Counted from the stretch's first letter, positions 19,452-30,811 are shown. The stretch: 64,000 nt of DNA from an uncultured bacterium (GCA_963759805.1 CAVXAT010000011.1:1-64000), one strand, 5' to 3'. The notes: generated by a model from the sequence alone, not told the origin. Program-made: numbers and translations.

Positions 19452-19570
19452 TCCGTCTACGCACCTGCGGTGCTACGTCGGACAGTCTTCGCTAGTTGAA
19501 CTGGCTTGCCAGACGACTTGTCCGCCATAGCTTTATGCGAAGGCGGAAGCTACGTAGTAGCGAAGACTGG
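19452..19570. repeat. Cluster of family-B hairpin elements abutting the tRNA-Met 3' end
   Basis: TCCGTCTACGCACCTGCGGTGCTACGTCGGA, then CCAGACGA[CTTGTCCGCCATAGCTTTATGCGAAGGCGGA]AGCTACGTAGTAGCGAAGACTGG. Confidence 0.8.
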
Positions 19571-19644
19571 TGGCGACGCTGAGATTCGAACTCAGGACCT
19601 AAGGATTATGATTCCTTCGCTCTAACCAACTGAGCTACGTCGCC
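19568..19644 (-). tRNA. tRNA-Met (CAT), elongator-like
   Basis: GGCGACGTAGCTCAGTTGGTTAGAGC...AAGGA-ATCATAA-TCCTT...GTTCGAATC...CGTCGCCACCA; G1-C72 paired; CCA encoded. Confidence 0.92.
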
Positions 19645-19740
19645 AGAAAATTTCAATAACCAACTGCTTGTCCGTCGTAGCCTTGGCGAAGACGGAAGCT
19701 AAAGCTACGTCGCCAAAAAAATTTCAATCTTGTCCGCCGT

Positions 19741-19786
19741 GGTTCGACAGGCTCACCATGAGCGCTCATCCTGAGCTTGTCGAAGG
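19741..19786. repeat. Family-A hairpin element (intact head-to-head pair)
   Basis: GGTTCGACAGGCTCACCATGAGC-GCTCATCCTGAGCTTGTCGAAGG. Confidence 0.85.
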
Positions 19787-19814
19787 ACGTCGCCAGAAAA
19801 TTTCAATAACCAAT

Positions 19815-21467
19815 TTAGAATTTCATCGATTTAACTTCAAACACATCAAATATGAAGTGGAACATCGCCTTGAGGAACAGAATTCCTGACAAGAGCGTTG
19901 CAACAATACCCAGCATCAACGTTGTTGCAAAGTTTCTTACCGCTGGGCCACCCCAATAAAAGAGTACCAAACCGGTTAAGAATGTTGTAATGTTTGAATC
20001 TAAAATGACAGCCAACACTCCATTAAATCCATCGTTTACTGCCTTACGTAGCGTTGATCCTGCAGCTAACTCATCTTTAGTTTTTTCATAAATCAGAATG
20101 GATGCGTCAATGGCCATACCAACGGCAAGCACCATACCTGCAATCCCTGACAATGAAAGTGATCCATGAAAGTATGACAAGAAAAGTAATACTAAAAAGA
20201 AGTTCACTAATAAAGCAATAATCGCAAGTAACCCGGGAATCCTGTAATAAAGAAAGCTAAACAGGAAGAGCAAGATCATTGCAATTAAACAGGACATCAT
20301 ACCCTTGTAAATTGAGTCTTGTCCGAGTGATGCGCCAACACGACTTTCTTGCTCAAATCTTAACGGCGCAACCAATGAACCTGATTTTAAAACGATTGAA
20401 AGATCCAAAGCCTCTTTTTGAGTAAAGCCTCCAGTAATCGTACCCGAACTGGTGATTGGGCACTTGATGTTAGGAGCTGACACCATAACATCATCCATAA
20501 TGATTCCAAGCTGACGATCCACATTATTTGAGGTTAGCTCGCCAAACTCTCTAGCGCCAATGCTATCAAGCTTGAATGCAACAATTGGCTTACCAAATTC
20601 ATCTCTTGTAACGTACGCGTCAACCATTCTGTCACCGGTCATGTCAGGAAACGCTGAAACCAAATAATATCGATTAGCCTCTTCCACCCCATTCTCATCT
20701 ATTTCTGATTTACCTGGAACAATAACTTTATCAGATGGAAGTTCACCATCATATGCTTCAAGTAGAGCATCACGAGAACCGGCTGATTTTTCAACAATCT
20801 TAAATTCCAAATGTGCAGCTCTTGAAATTAAGGCCTTAATACGTTCTGGATCATTAACCCCGGGCATTTGCACAACAACCTGATGATCTCCATGTTGCGT
20901 AACAACAATTCCAGCAACCCCGAAGCTATCGAGTCGATTACTCAAAACATTGACTGTCTGTTCCACGGCACTTGAACGAATTCGTTTTTCAAGCTCAGTT
21001 GTCAAAGTCGCTTGAATTTCGTTATCAACAAGTTTAGGCTGCAAAGAAGCTGCTTTGGTCTCAGCAAGCATGTTATAGCAAACTCTTGCAGGTTCTTCTG
21101 TGTCAAATGTAAGCGTAAGAACCCCATCTTTAACAATTTTTGTTTTTGGAAGAACTTTTAATTCTCTTGTCTTAAATAACTGATCCAGAGATCTATTTTC
21201 AATGTTCAATCTGTTTTCCAGGGCCTTATCCAACTCAATCCCCAAAACCAGATATGTTCCACCTGCAAGATCGATACCCTTTTTGACGTATGTGAGCTTA
21301 AGTGCGTTGTAATACTTTTTAACGGCACCCATTACTCCTGGCTCTGCAGCCTCTTTTAAAAGTTTTGGATCAAAAGAGAACATAAAATAGCTGCCGGCAC
21401 ATATGATGGCAACCCATAACATAAACGGTGATATAACTGCTCTAATCAGCTTACTTTGTGTAAACAT
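19815..21467 (-). CDS. secD: Protein translocase subunit SecD
   Basis: GIDLAGG, NRLDSFGV, QMPGV, SAPNI, VGASLG, GMAIDA, DSNITT. Confidence 0.95.
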   Translation of the reverse strand: MFTQSKLIRAVISPFMLWVAIICAGSYFMFSFDPKLLKEAAEPGVMGAVKKYYNALKLTYVKKGIDLAGGTYLVLGIELDKALENRLNIENRSLDQLFKTRELKVLPKTKIVKDGVLTLTFDTEEPARVCYNMLAETKAASLQPKLVDNEIQATLTTELEKRIRSSAVEQTVNVLSNRLDSFGVAGIVVTQHGDHQVVVQMPGVNDPERIKALISRAAHLEFKIVEKSAGSRDALLEAYDGELPSDKVIVPGKSEIDENGVEEANRYYLVSAFPDMTGDRMVDAYVTRDEFGKPIVAFKLDSIGAREFGELTSNNVDRQLGIIMDDVMVSAPNIKCPITSSGTITGGFTQKEALDLSIVLKSGSLVAPLRFEQESRVGASLGQDSIYKGMMSCLIAMILLFLFSFLYYRIPGLLAIIALLVNFFLVLLFLSYFHGSLSLSGIAGMVLAVGMAIDASILIYEKTKDELAAGSTLRKAVNDGFNGVLAVILDSNITTFLTGLVLFYWGGPAVRNFATTLMLGIVATLLSGILFLKAMFHFIFDVFEVKSMKF

Positions 21468-21525
21468 TTAACTGCTCCTTAAAATTTAATTTGACTACTC
21501 CCGATACATACAAGAACAAAAAGAG

Positions 21526-21607
21526 TGCCGAGGAGGAGACTCGAACTCCTACAGGTTTCCCCGCTGCCACCTCAAGGCAGTGCGTCTACCAATTTCGCCA
21601 CCTCGGC
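21526..21607 (-). tRNA. tRNA-Leu (GAG)
   Basis: GCCGAGGTGGCGAAATTGGTAGACGCA-CTGCC-TTGAGGT-GGCAG, long variable arm, GTTCGAGTC; CCA not encoded. Confidence 0.93.
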
Positions 21608-21702
21608 ATTTTTTCGTAACAAAACAATGTCAATCTTTGAGAGAAATTTATCAAATTCTTTACAAGTTAGCAACTTAATTTTAATTAACTAATCGATTTT
21701 TT

Positions 21703-22572
21703 CTATCTTCTAAACGCCATTTTTCTCAAACGCTCAATTCGTTTTTCCATCGGAGGATGCGTTGAAAAAAGGCTAATCCAACCGCTACCAGAAAATGGGT
21801 AAACAATAAACATACTAGCCGTTGCTGTTTGTGCCGGAGACTCAGGTTGAATGTGTTGAATTTCGGCTTTACGATTAAGTTTTTCAAGTGCTGACGCAAG
21901 CGCCAATGGATCGTGTGCAAAGCTTGCTCCGGATTCGTCCGCCAAATACTCTCTTGATCTGGATATAGCCAACTGAATCAGCATTGCGGCAATTGGCATA
22001 ATAATTGCGATAATCAAAGCGCCCCAACCTCCACCTCTATTTTCATCATCTCGACTACTAAAACCACCAAAAATTGCTGCCCAATGAATCATATTTGCAA
22101 GATAACCAATTGCAGTCGCAATTGTTGCAGCGACCGTAGCAATCAAAATATCACGATTTTTGATATGGCCAAGTTCATGTGCAATCACACCGCGTAGTTC
22201 ATGTTCTTCAAGAATATCCAGTATTCCCTGAGTAATGGCCACTGAGCCATGCTCAGGACTGCGTCCCGTTGCAAAAGCATTGGCCATAGGAGTTGGAAGG
22301 TACCACAACTTTGGCATTGGGATTCCGGCATTGCGTGAAAGCTCTTCTACCATTTCATAAATTTTATGAAATTTTACATTATCAAGTGGCTGGGCACTGT
22401 ACATGGCAAGTACTAACTTATCACCAAAAAAGTATGCTATAAAATTCATCAGCAATGCCATTGTCAAAGCGATAGTCAAGCCCTTTGATCCGCCTGCCCA
22501 AGCACCTAACAATAATAATAAGCCACTCATCACTCCAAGCAGGAGCGCTGTCTTAACTTGATTTAGAAACAT
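21703..22572 (-). CDS. htpX: Membrane zinc metalloprotease HtpX
   Basis: NAFATGR, HELGH, SRSREYLAD, FSTHP. Confidence 0.95.
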   Translation of the reverse strand: MFLNQVKTALLLGVMSGLLLLLGAWAGGSKGLTIALTMALLMNFIAYFFGDKLVLAMYSAQPLDNVKFHKIYEMVEELSRNAGIPMPKLWYLPTPMANAFATGRSPEHGSVAITQGILDILEEHELRGVIAHELGHIKNRDILIATVAATIATAIGYLANMIHWAAIFGGFSSRDDENRGGGWGALIIAIIMPIAAMLIQLAISRSREYLADESGASFAHDPLALASALEKLNRKAEIQHIQPESPAQTATASMFIVYPFSGSGWISLFSTHPPMEKRIERLRKMAFRR

Positions 22573-22592
22573 TTTTTACTCCCAAATTTCAA

Positions 22593-23156
22593 CTAATCCT
22601 CGTATTCGATCTTCCAATCATCCAACTCTTTCTTGTCTCCAATTTCAATAATCTCTTTAACCGAATCTGCTTTGTGATCGTTTCTTTTATTTCCAATTTT
22701 ATCACCAAATTTATCAGCAGGACTGTCAACGACTACATCTTTAACATCTATCGATTTTTTTTCGTTCTCTTTTCCAATTTGCTGCATATTCTCTTTTTTC
22801 ATTTCAAGCAGACGTTTTGCCTGTTTTTGAACACCCTGCTTATAATCTTCCACATCCTGGTCAAGTTGAGTCTGAGCACTTTGAATTACACCGTTAAGTT
22901 CATCTTGCAACTTTCCTATGCGCTTTTTAAGCTTCAAAATTATTTCAACACCTGCAAGATTAACTCCCATTTTGTGCGTCAAATAAATAATCTCTTCGAG
23001 TCGGTCTACATCTTCTTCTGAGAATAGCCTAGTATTACCGTCTGAACGTTTTGGGGCTATTAGTCCCTCTTTTTCATACATTCGAATTGTCTGTTGATGA
23101 ACCTCAAACATTTCGGCAACAACAGAAATCGAATAAAAACCCTTTTTTCGCTTCAT
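22593..23156 (-). CDS. hspR: MerR-family heat-shock repressor, HspR-like
   Basis: YSISVVAE..EVHQQT.R.YE.EGLI.P.RS.G.TR, GVNLAGV. Confidence 0.8.
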   Translation of the reverse strand: MKRKKGFYSISVVAEMFEVHQQTIRMYEKEGLIAPKRSDGNTRLFSEEDVDRLEEIIYLTHKMGVNLAGVEIILKLKKRIGKLQDELNGVIQSAQTQLDQDVEDYKQGVQKQAKRLLEMKKENMQQIGKENEKKSIDVKDVVVDSPADKFGDKIGNKRNDHKADSVKEIIEIGDKKELDDWKIEYED

Positions 23157-23171
23157 CTGGCTCTCCTAAAA

Positions 23172-25007
23172 TCAATCTTCACTCTTTAAAACCGTCAAAA
23201 ACGCCTCTTGTGGCAATTCTACATTACCAACCTGTTTCATCTTCTTTTTACCCTCTTTCTGCTTTTCAAGCAACTTACGTTTTCTTGATATATCACCGCC
23301 ATAACATTTTGCAGTTACGTCTTTTCGCATTGCAGAGACACTTTCACGTGCAATAATCTTTGCGCCAATTGCAGCCTGAATTGCAACCTCAAACATCTGT
23401 CGATGAATAACCTCTCTCAATTTTTTTGTTAGCCTACGACCAATTTGGTAGGCCTTATCTTCATGGACAATTACAGATAACGCATCAACCGGTTTACCAT
23501 TTAGCAGTATATTCATTTTGACAAGATCGGAGGCAATATAACCGGCTAACTCATAATCAAAACTTGCATACCCGGCGCTGAGGGATTTAAGCTTGTCGTA
23601 AAAATCGGTAATAATTTCATTCAGCGGTAATTTGTAACGCAGTACAAGACGATCCTCATCCAAAAATGTCATCTCAAGCTGTTCACCACGACGCTCTTCA
23701 CAAAGTTTTATCAAATTCCCAAGATATATCTTTGGCGTAATAATTGTGGCCGTTACGATCGGTTCATACACCTCTTCAATTCTGACCTGCTCAGGAAAAT
23801 TTGCCGGATTTTCAATCATCATCTCTTCTCCGTTTGTTAACAAAACTTTGTATAAAACGGTTGGAGAAGTTGTAATAATAGATGCGTTGTACTCCTGTTC
23901 CAAGCGTTGCTTAAAAACATCCATGTGCAACAAGCCCAAAAATCCGCATCTAAACCCAAGACCCAAAGCAATCGAACTCTCTTTTTCGACATGAACACTA
24001 GGATCATTAAGTGTTAATTTTTCAATAGCATCTCTAATAAATTCAAACTCTGATGTATCTACCGGATATATCCCTGCAAACACCATTGATTTTGCAGGCT
24101 TGAAGCCTGGTAGTGGCTCGACGGGGTTCCCTACATGACAAAATGTATCACCAACTCGTGCCTCTTTAACGGTCTTCATACCGGCAATCAAGAAACCAAC
24201 TTGGCCTGTGTAAAGCGCACCGGTTTGCAACGGTTCCGGATACATTAATCCGATATCCAAAACTTCATACTCATGTCCGGTATGAGCTGAAATAATCTTA
24301 TCGCCTTTTGTTATTGTTCCGTCAATGACCTCAATCAAACAGATAACACCACGATACTCATCAAACCATGAATCAAAAAGCAAGCCTTTAAATGGTTTGT
24401 TTTCATCACCGATAGGAGGCTTTACTCTTTGAATAACTGCTTGAAGAACATCCTCAACATTTAGACCAGTTTTTGCCGATATGTGTAACAAATCTTGTTT
24501 GTGAATATCAAAGGCCTTATGCATCTCGCCGGCAACCCTATCCGGATCGGCATTGGCCATATCAATTTTATTTATTACAGGAATAATTACCAAATTTTGT
24601 TCAAATGCCAGAAAGAAATTCGCCATTGTTTGGGCCTGCACACCCTGCACGGCATCAACAAGCAAAACTGCACCCTGACAAGCATACAAAGATCGTGAAA
24701 CTTCATAGCTAAAATCCACATGGCCTGGAGTATCAATCAGATTCAGAAGATAAATCTGATCTTTATATTCATAAAACAGCGATGCTGTTTGGGCTTTAAC
24801 CGTTATTCCCCGCTCACGTTCGACTTGAAGCTTATCAAGCATCTGTGCGTTTTTTACATGTCCAGAAACTATAGTTCCTGTAACCTCAAGTAATCTATCA
24901 GCCAGAGTAGATTTACCGTGGTCGATATGGGCAATAATGGAAAAGTTCCTGATATTCTCAGGCTTAAAATTCTTTAAATCGAAATTTTGTATCTTAGCTA
25001 TATTCAT
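23172..25007 (-). CDS. lepA: Elongation factor 4
   Basis: [50 protein letters not shown]. Confidence 0.98.
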   Translation of the reverse strand: MNIAKIQNFDLKNFKPENIRNFSIIAHIDHGKSTLADRLLEVTGTIVSGHVKNAQMLDKLQVERERGITVKAQTASLFYEYKDQIYLLNLIDTPGHVDFSYEVSRSLYACQGAVLLVDAVQGVQAQTMANFFLAFEQNLVIIPVINKIDMANADPDRVAGEMHKAFDIHKQDLLHISAKTGLNVEDVLQAVIQRVKPPIGDENKPFKGLLFDSWFDEYRGVICLIEVIDGTITKGDKIISAHTGHEYEVLDIGLMYPEPLQTGALYTGQVGFLIAGMKTVKEARVGDTFCHVGNPVEPLPGFKPAKSMVFAGIYPVDTSEFEFIRDAIEKLTLNDPSVHVEKESSIALGLGFRCGFLGLLHMDVFKQRLEQEYNASIITTSPTVLYKVLLTNGEEMMIENPANFPEQVRIEEVYEPIVTATIITPKIYLGNLIKLCEERRGEQLEMTFLDEDRLVLRYKLPLNEIITDFYDKLKSLSAGYASFDYELAGYIASDLVKMNILLNGKPVDALSVIVHEDKAYQIGRRLTKKLREVIHRQMFEVAIQAAIGAKIIARESVSAMRKDVTAKCYGGDISRKRKLLEKQKEGKKKMKQVGNVELPQEAFLTVLKSED

Positions 25008-25020
25008 AACAATTAGTCAC

Positions 25021-26760
25021 TCACATTTTTTCCGGCTTACTCAATCCAAGCAAATCTAAACAAATTTCAAGAGCATCTTTTACTAAAATTACAGTAAACA
25101 AGCGCACCTTGCTTTGCCCAATATTATCTATATCTATTATTTTATTATTTGTATAATAATTATGCAATGCCTGGGCCAATTCCCAAGTATAATACGACAA
25201 AAGGTGTGTTTGATACCCAAAAGCTACGCTGCCCAAAATATCCTGCAGCTGTACAATTTTTCTAAGAGCAGCAAACTCGTGCTCAGTCATCGATTTTACA
25301 ATCCCAACAAGCTCCTCATCATTCCAGCCACCGGTGAAAAGCACGTTCAAGTAATCATCAAATTGCGCTGTTTGTCGTGCTTTTTCAAGTAAGCTACAAA
25401 TTCGGACATATGCATACTGAATGTAAAAAACAGGATTTTCATCAGTTTTTTTCAATGCAGTGGCCAAATCAAATTCCAGATGGGCTTCAGCCTTGCGATT
25501 CAGGTAAAAGAACCGGGCAACATCCACACCCACCGCTTCAATAACATCGCTGAGCTGCGTAAATTTGCCGGCTCGCTTTGACATTCGTAGAACAACGTCA
25601 TTCTCTTTGATTGTCACAAGCTGGTAGAGGATCACATCAAGCCTGTCCGCCGGGCAGCCAATAGCTTCCATCGTAGCCTTTAAACGTTTAACATAACCAT
25701 GATGGTCTTGCCCCAAGATATTTACCAGCTTGGTGTAGCCACGATCAAACTTATCTTTGTGATATGCTATGTCCGCACCTATGTACGTCCAGCTTCCATC
25801 ACTTTTTTTGACCACTCTGTCTTTGTCGTCACCAAACTGGGTTGACTTAAACCACAGGGCGCCGTCCAGTTCGTAAACAAGCCCCTTCTCTTTTAAAAGC
25901 TCAATTGTGCTGGCAACTGCACCGCTGTCATGTAAAGTTTTTTCCGAAAACCATCTGTCAAAAACAACTCTGTAATTTTCCAAATCTTTGTGCTGCAATG
26001 CAAGCATTTTTTCCTTGGCATAATCAGCAAAAAAATGTTCATCGTTTTTTATAACATCACGACCAAGCTCGTCAATGCATTGCTTTGCCAAATCAACCAT
26101 GTACTGCCCGGCATAACCATTCTCCGGCAGTTCCACAGCCTGCCCACACTCCTGCAAGCAACGTATTTTCAACGATTTACCAAGTATTTCAAGCTGATTT
26201 CCCGCATCATTGATATAAAACTCTTTTTCTGCGCAATGGCCTAGAAAATTAAGAACTCTGGCCAGGGTATCGCCGATTATTGCGCCACGACCATGGCCCA
26301 AATGCAACGGGCCGGTTGGATTTGCACTAACAAATTCAATCAGATATTTTTGTCTCTCTTTTTCATCGAATTCAAGCTGAAAAAACATATCTTTTTGTTG
26401 AAAAAATTCAAGGGCCAACGTCCACCAAACCTCATGATTCAAAGTTATATTCAAAAACCCAGGCCCTGCAATTTCAACTGATTTTATAGCACCGAAAATT
26501 ATCGGATTTTCTTCGTTTTGTGATGCAAGTATAATAGCCTGTTCTATCTCCTGCGCAAGTTGCCGCGGATTTTTTTCAAGCTGTTTGGAGAGCATCATTG
26601 CAGCATTACAACTCATGTCACCAAATTCTCTGCCTTTATCAACATTTAAGGCAATGTCTACGCGAGACATATCCTCATCAGATAAGTTCAACGCTTTTTT
26701 GATAACTTGTAACAGTCCAAGTTTCAGTATCGACAAAAGATTCATATCCACATCTTTCAA
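25021..26760 (-). CDS. argS: Arginine--tRNA ligase
   Basis: EFVSANPTGPLHLGHGR, DIAYH, DHHGY, MSKRAG, YIQYAY.R. Confidence 0.97.
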   Translation of the reverse strand: MKDVDMNLLSILKLGLLQVIKKALNLSDEDMSRVDIALNVDKGREFGDMSCNAAMMLSKQLEKNPRQLAQEIEQAIILASQNEENPIIFGAIKSVEIAGPGFLNITLNHEVWWTLALEFFQQKDMFFQLEFDEKERQKYLIEFVSANPTGPLHLGHGRGAIIGDTLARVLNFLGHCAEKEFYINDAGNQLEILGKSLKIRCLQECGQAVELPENGYAGQYMVDLAKQCIDELGRDVIKNDEHFFADYAKEKMLALQHKDLENYRVVFDRWFSEKTLHDSGAVASTIELLKEKGLVYELDGALWFKSTQFGDDKDRVVKKSDGSWTYIGADIAYHKDKFDRGYTKLVNILGQDHHGYVKRLKATMEAIGCPADRLDVILYQLVTIKENDVVLRMSKRAGKFTQLSDVIEAVGVDVARFFYLNRKAEAHLEFDLATALKKTDENPVFYIQYAYVRICSLLEKARQTAQFDDYLNVLFTGGWNDEELVGIVKSMTEHEFAALRKIVQLQDILGSVAFGYQTHLLSYYTWELAQALHNYYTNNKIIDIDNIGQSKVRLFTVILVKDALEICLDLLGLSKPEKM

Positions 26761-26853
26761 CTTGAAATTATAAGAATTTTTTAAGAAAATACAGGCCAGG
26801 ATTAAGTTTAACCGATTTTTGCGATTTTACCAGCCTACTCTAAGATTTGAAAA

Positions 26854-28329
26854 CTAAAACTTCAATTTAATTTGAACACTCAATGTACCGCCAAACATAC
26901 CTGTTTTAAAGGAATGCTTCCCATAAACCGGATAATCGTATTCTACAAAAATAGTTGGGCAAACTGATTTCAGCTCAAGAGTATAACCGCCAATAAAATT
27001 CAAAGTGTAATACTCCCAATTTTTAAGCTTTTTATCAGTGTCAACTATTTTATTTACCGAAACTATATTAGGCCATACATTATGTATGGGATCCCATTGA
27101 TTAAGCTGCTGAGCCCTATAATTTTTCAATAAGTCATTATCATGAATTGAGAGATCAACGTCCTCTTGATGCAGATAAGAAGCTCCAATTTTTGCTATAG
27201 CACCTTTAAATCCCAACTGTACGTATGCACCCACATCCCACTGTGGACCATAATCAACCTTGCCAAAACTTGGCTCCAGAAAAATCCATCCATCTTGCTT
27301 AATATCGGTTTTAACACGCAAGTCACGCTCTTGGGTAAAAAAAACCAAACCACCACCGTTGGCGCCAAGGCCAAGAAAATCAAAAAGTTGGACATACAAA
27401 CTTACACGTCCATCGATGGCAGTAGAATTGGCAGAACCAAGAGGAATGGCAAACGGTTTAGATAAATCTGTTTTTCCTGATGTTGGAATCAGGACTCCCA
27501 ACTGCACCTCCCCACTTAATCTTTTAATAATGGGAGACTGAGGATCGCCCGAACCGTGCCAACCGGCAGATAAAAGAATGTCACCAATACCGCATTTTTT
27601 GAATGGTTTTTGCCATTGACCAAACTTCATAGCACTCAAAACATTATTTAAAGTTCCATTATCTGTTGCTGCCATAAAATCAGAAATGTTAACTTTTGTC
27701 TTGGCTGCGTCCTGGCCAATTAAAATATCGTTACCAAGATTTTTATATGCAATTTTATCAAGTTTAACATCTCGATACGGAACATATACTTGAACAAAAA
27801 ATCCCCAAAAAATATCTTGCTGTACTGTAAAATCCCATTCATCAATTTCAAAATGCCCACGATATGAAATTAAACCATCATTTTTATCGGCTTTGATATA
27901 GTTAGGCGGAAATATTGGAGTTGGTGATGTCTGCGGATTATAATTAGCCCCGCCCCAATAATTTGTCATCGTGTGACCTTCAGGATCTATCACATTATCT
28001 GGGCTATTAACATATGTTCCCAGATTGGTAATATCCATGTCTCCATAGATAGAAAGCAATGGGCGCCCTTCTTCGTGAGCATTCCAACCTCTATGGGTGT
28101 CACCATGACCATACCGAACAGATAATCCGGTTGTGTATTTGTCATATGCTGTATTAAAAGATTCTTGGAAAAATGGAGCCCGATAAAATTGTGGCAGATC
28201 AATTGCATTTAAAACACTGCCATAAACCAAGAAAAACATGACCCAATTTTTTAAAGTAAATCTCATAACCATATCCTTACAACAACTAAAATTAATAAGA
28301 TTCTTTAGAAGCTGCATTATGGTAGTCAA
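26854..28329 (-). CDS. Hypothetical exported protein, possibly an outer-membrane beta-barrel
   Basis: Alternating aromatic/hydrophobic strands and C-terminal Phe; true start probably further in. Confidence 0.6.
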   Translation of the reverse strand: MTTIMQLLKNLINFSCCKDMVMRFTLKNWVMFFLVYGSVLNAIDLPQFYRAPFFQESFNTAYDKYTTGLSVRYGHGDTHRGWNAHEEGRPLLSIYGDMDITNLGTYVNSPDNVIDPEGHTMTNYWGGANYNPQTSPTPIFPPNYIKADKNDGLISYRGHFEIDEWDFTVQQDIFWGFFVQVYVPYRDVKLDKIAYKNLGNDILIGQDAAKTKVNISDFMAATDNGTLNNVLSAMKFGQWQKPFKKCGIGDILLSAGWHGSGDPQSPIIKRLSGEVQLGVLIPTSGKTDLSKPFAIPLGSANSTAIDGRVSLYVQLFDFLGLGANGGGLVFFTQERDLRVKTDIKQDGWIFLEPSFGKVDYGPQWDVGAYVQLGFKGAIAKIGASYLHQEDVDLSIHDNDLLKNYRAQQLNQWDPIHNVWPNIVSVNKIVDTDKKLKNWEYYTLNFIGGYTLELKSVCPTIFVEYDYPVYGKHSFKTGMFGGTLSVQIKLKF

Positions 28330-28475
28330 ACACGTTAGTGAAATGCAAGAAAATATATGTTTAGTTTAAAAATGAGATTTTTAAGGCTAATTTTAGTATT
28401 CGTCACATTGTATTTTTGTATCTGTTTGTTACAATATTTTTTATAAAATATTAGATTTAAAAATAGGGTAGTTCA

Positions 28476-29270
28476 ATGGGCAAAAAAATTTTGTTTTTCA
28501 CATTGTTGGTTCTCACATTCTTATGCGAACTACAGAGCAGCATGCTGCTTGGGATGGCGCAGCCTATAGACATTAAAGACATTGACGATATTCCTAGGCT
28601 TTGTGTTAATTTAATGGAACAATTACTTGCACAAGAGGCAAAAGAAAAATACGGCAAAACAGCATTGGCATTCAAACATAAGATATTGCCAATTAAATGC
28701 TTAAATGATGGTGAAATCTTTGCATTATTAAGCAGGTTTTCAAAATTCAAATTAAAATTAGATGTTAATGCAGGAATGTTTACTGATACAGGTATGTTTA
28801 TTGGTAGAGAATCCCCAAAGCCCTTTGAATCTATAATAATTTGGTTACCCCAAGAGTGGGAATTTAATAAAATTGTAAATGAGCCGGATTATGATCGCTT
28901 GCGTCAATTGTTCCAAGATTCCCCAATGTTATCTACTAAGCTGCTTAATTTCCTGCTTCTACCTACATATGAACAAGTTGTTGAGAGTATGAAAAACAAC
29001 TGGGAGTTTTTCGCTACAGTACCTCCTGGCAACGTTGTACCTCCGAAAGGGATGGAGGATTGTATTCTTTTTACAAAAGAAGGAGACTCGATATTAGTCC
29101 CTCATTTTATAAATAAATTGGCTAAGAAATTTAATCTTGATGAACACATTCACTGCTCTGGTACTGCTACGCAAGTGTACCTTTGGGTTAAAAAAGACGC
29201 GCTACAAGAATTTAACCGCATATTTAAATTTAAAGATGTGACAGGGCAGCCTCTTGCAACGTGTAAATAA
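28476..29270 (+). CDS. Secreted hypothetical protein
   Basis: Signal peptide MGKKILFFTLLVLTFL; 264-aa ORF. Confidence 0.7.
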   Translation: MGKKILFFTLLVLTFLCELQSSMLLGMAQPIDIKDIDDIPRLCVNLMEQLLAQEAKEKYGKTALAFKHKILPIKCLNDGEIFALLSRFSKFKLKLDVNAGMFTDTGMFIGRESPKPFESIIIWLPQEWEFNKIVNEPDYDRLRQLFQDSPMLSTKLLNFLLLPTYEQVVESMKNNWEFFATVPPGNVVPPKGMEDCILFTKEGDSILVPHFINKLAKKFNLDEHIHCSGTATQVYLWVKKDALQEFNRIFKFKDVTGQPLATCK

Positions 29271-29509
29271 ATGTATCTAGATCCCTTGCTATTCACCATT
29301 TTACTATATATCGTTTTTTTGTTAAAATTAAGTAATAATTGGTAAAATTCGCTAGATTTTTATTGAATCCTGAGCTAGGCTCATAGTTTATTACTAATGG
29401 CCTAATTTGGGGGTTTTGTTTTTTTAAACCAAAAAATTTTTAAGCATTAAGTTTTAAATTGAGATTGTTTGTTTAATTTTTAATTTTTTTTCATTTCGAA
29501 GGAGTTTTT

Positions 29510-30811
29510 ATGTTTCAGGCGATTAAGAACGCCCTGTGGGGCGACATTTCGGGAGAAGAGTTCAAGCGGTTTGGACTTCTGTCAATAACCTTTTTATTCA
29601 TCATAGGAACGTACTGGCTGATGAGACCTTTAAAAGACGGTCTTTTTATCAAAATTGTCGGTGCAAGCTATATTCCTTGGGCAAAAATTGCCTCTTTTCT
29701 TTTTATTGTCCCACTAATCTTGATCTATTCTAAGCTCGTCGACCTGGTTGCAAAACAAAAACTCTTTTACATCATATGCATATTTTATGCATTACTGTTT
29801 TTTACAATTTCATTCGCATTAAAACATCCAACAATTGGACTTGCTAACACAGTCCCATCATCTGGTAGACTTCTTGGATGGATTATATATCTTTCGATCG
29901 AAAGCTTTGGCTCTTTGGTAGTTGCATTGTTCTGGTCATTTGTTGCCAGCTCAACAGATACATCCTCTGCTAAAAAAGGTTATGCCTTAATTATATCAGG
30001 CGCACAAGTTGGCTCAATTGCCGGCCCATTCTTGGCAAGTAACGCAAAAAGTTTTGGAATGCCATTATTAACAATCTTTGTTGCAATCGGAATTTTGATT
30101 GTTCCCATACTTATAAAATTATTTATTACGGTTCATCCAAGCGCAGCTGAAAAATCTCCTGCCTCAACTGAAAAGAAAACAGGAATTATTGAAGGGTTAA
30201 AACTTCTTTTAACCAGACCATATTTGGCAGGTATTCTTGGCGTTGCAACATTGTACGAAATTATCGGTACAATCATCGACTATCAAATGAAGATGTCAGC
30301 AGATAAGGTTTTTTCAACCCCAGAAGCTGTCACAGGATTTCTTGGCAACTTCGGTATGGCTGCCAACAGCTTGGCGTTGGTATTTGCATTAATTGGAACA
30401 AGCTTCTTTATCAGAAAATTTGGTCTAACGTTCTGCTTGGTAATGTTTCCGGTAACAATTGGGCTTGTTGTTGGATGTGTCTGGGCAATTCCAGGCATCT
30501 GGGTACTCTTCGGAGCAATGGTAGCAATTAAAGGATTGAGCTACGCATTGAATAATCCATGCAAAGAAATTATGTACATCCCAACAAGCAAAGATGCTAA
30601 ATTCAAAGCAAAAAGTTGGATTGATATGTTTGGTGGAAGAACTGCAAAAGCTGCAGGATCCGGAATCAACGCATTCTTTACAACTCTGTCAGAATTAATG
30701 TTCTTCGGTTCAATCATCTCTCTTGGAATCGTCGGCATCTGGATTGTAATTGCATTGTACGTCGGTAAGACAAACAAGAAACTTACAGACTCATGTACTA
30801 TCATCAGCTAA
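29510..30811 (+). CDS. ATP/ADP (nucleotide) translocase, NTT/TLC family
   Basis: Y...RPLKD..F, ES.GSL...LFW.F, KGL.YALN.P.KE..YIP...D.KFK.K..ID..G.R..K; about 12 TM segments. Confidence 0.9.
   Translation: MFQAIKNALWGDISGEEFKRFGLLSITFLFIIGTYWLMRPLKDGLFIKIVGASYIPWAKIASFLFIVPLILIYSKLVDLVAKQKLFYIICIFYALLFFTISFALKHPTIGLANTVPSSGRLLGWIIYLSIESFGSLVVALFWSFVASSTDTSSAKKGYALIISGAQVGSIAGPFLASNAKSFGMPLLTIFVAIGILIVPILIKLFITVHPSAAEKSPASTEKKTGIIEGLKLLLTRPYLAGILGVATLYEIIGTIIDYQMKMSADKVFSTPEAVTGFLGNFGMAANSLALVFALIGTSFFIRKFGLTFCLVMFPVTIGLVVGCVWAIPGIWVLFGAMVAIKGLSYALNNPCKEIMYIPTSKDAKFKAKSWIDMFGGRTAKAAGSGINAFFTTLSELMFFGSIISLGIVGIWIVIALYVGKTNKKLTDSCTIIS

Noticed and set aside
19624..19815. CRISPR-like repeat-spacer pattern beside tRNA-Met
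   Set aside because: The repeats are tRNA 5'-end fragments, and the apparent spacers are palindromic elements found elsewhere in the window
19668..19889. 73-aa ORF (…WFDRLTMSAHPELVEG…)
   Set aside because: It is a translation of hairpin elements and overlaps secD on the opposite strand
21608..23170. HAIR operator for HspR
   Set aside because: No convincing CTTGAGT-N7-ACTCAAG seen near hspR or htpX
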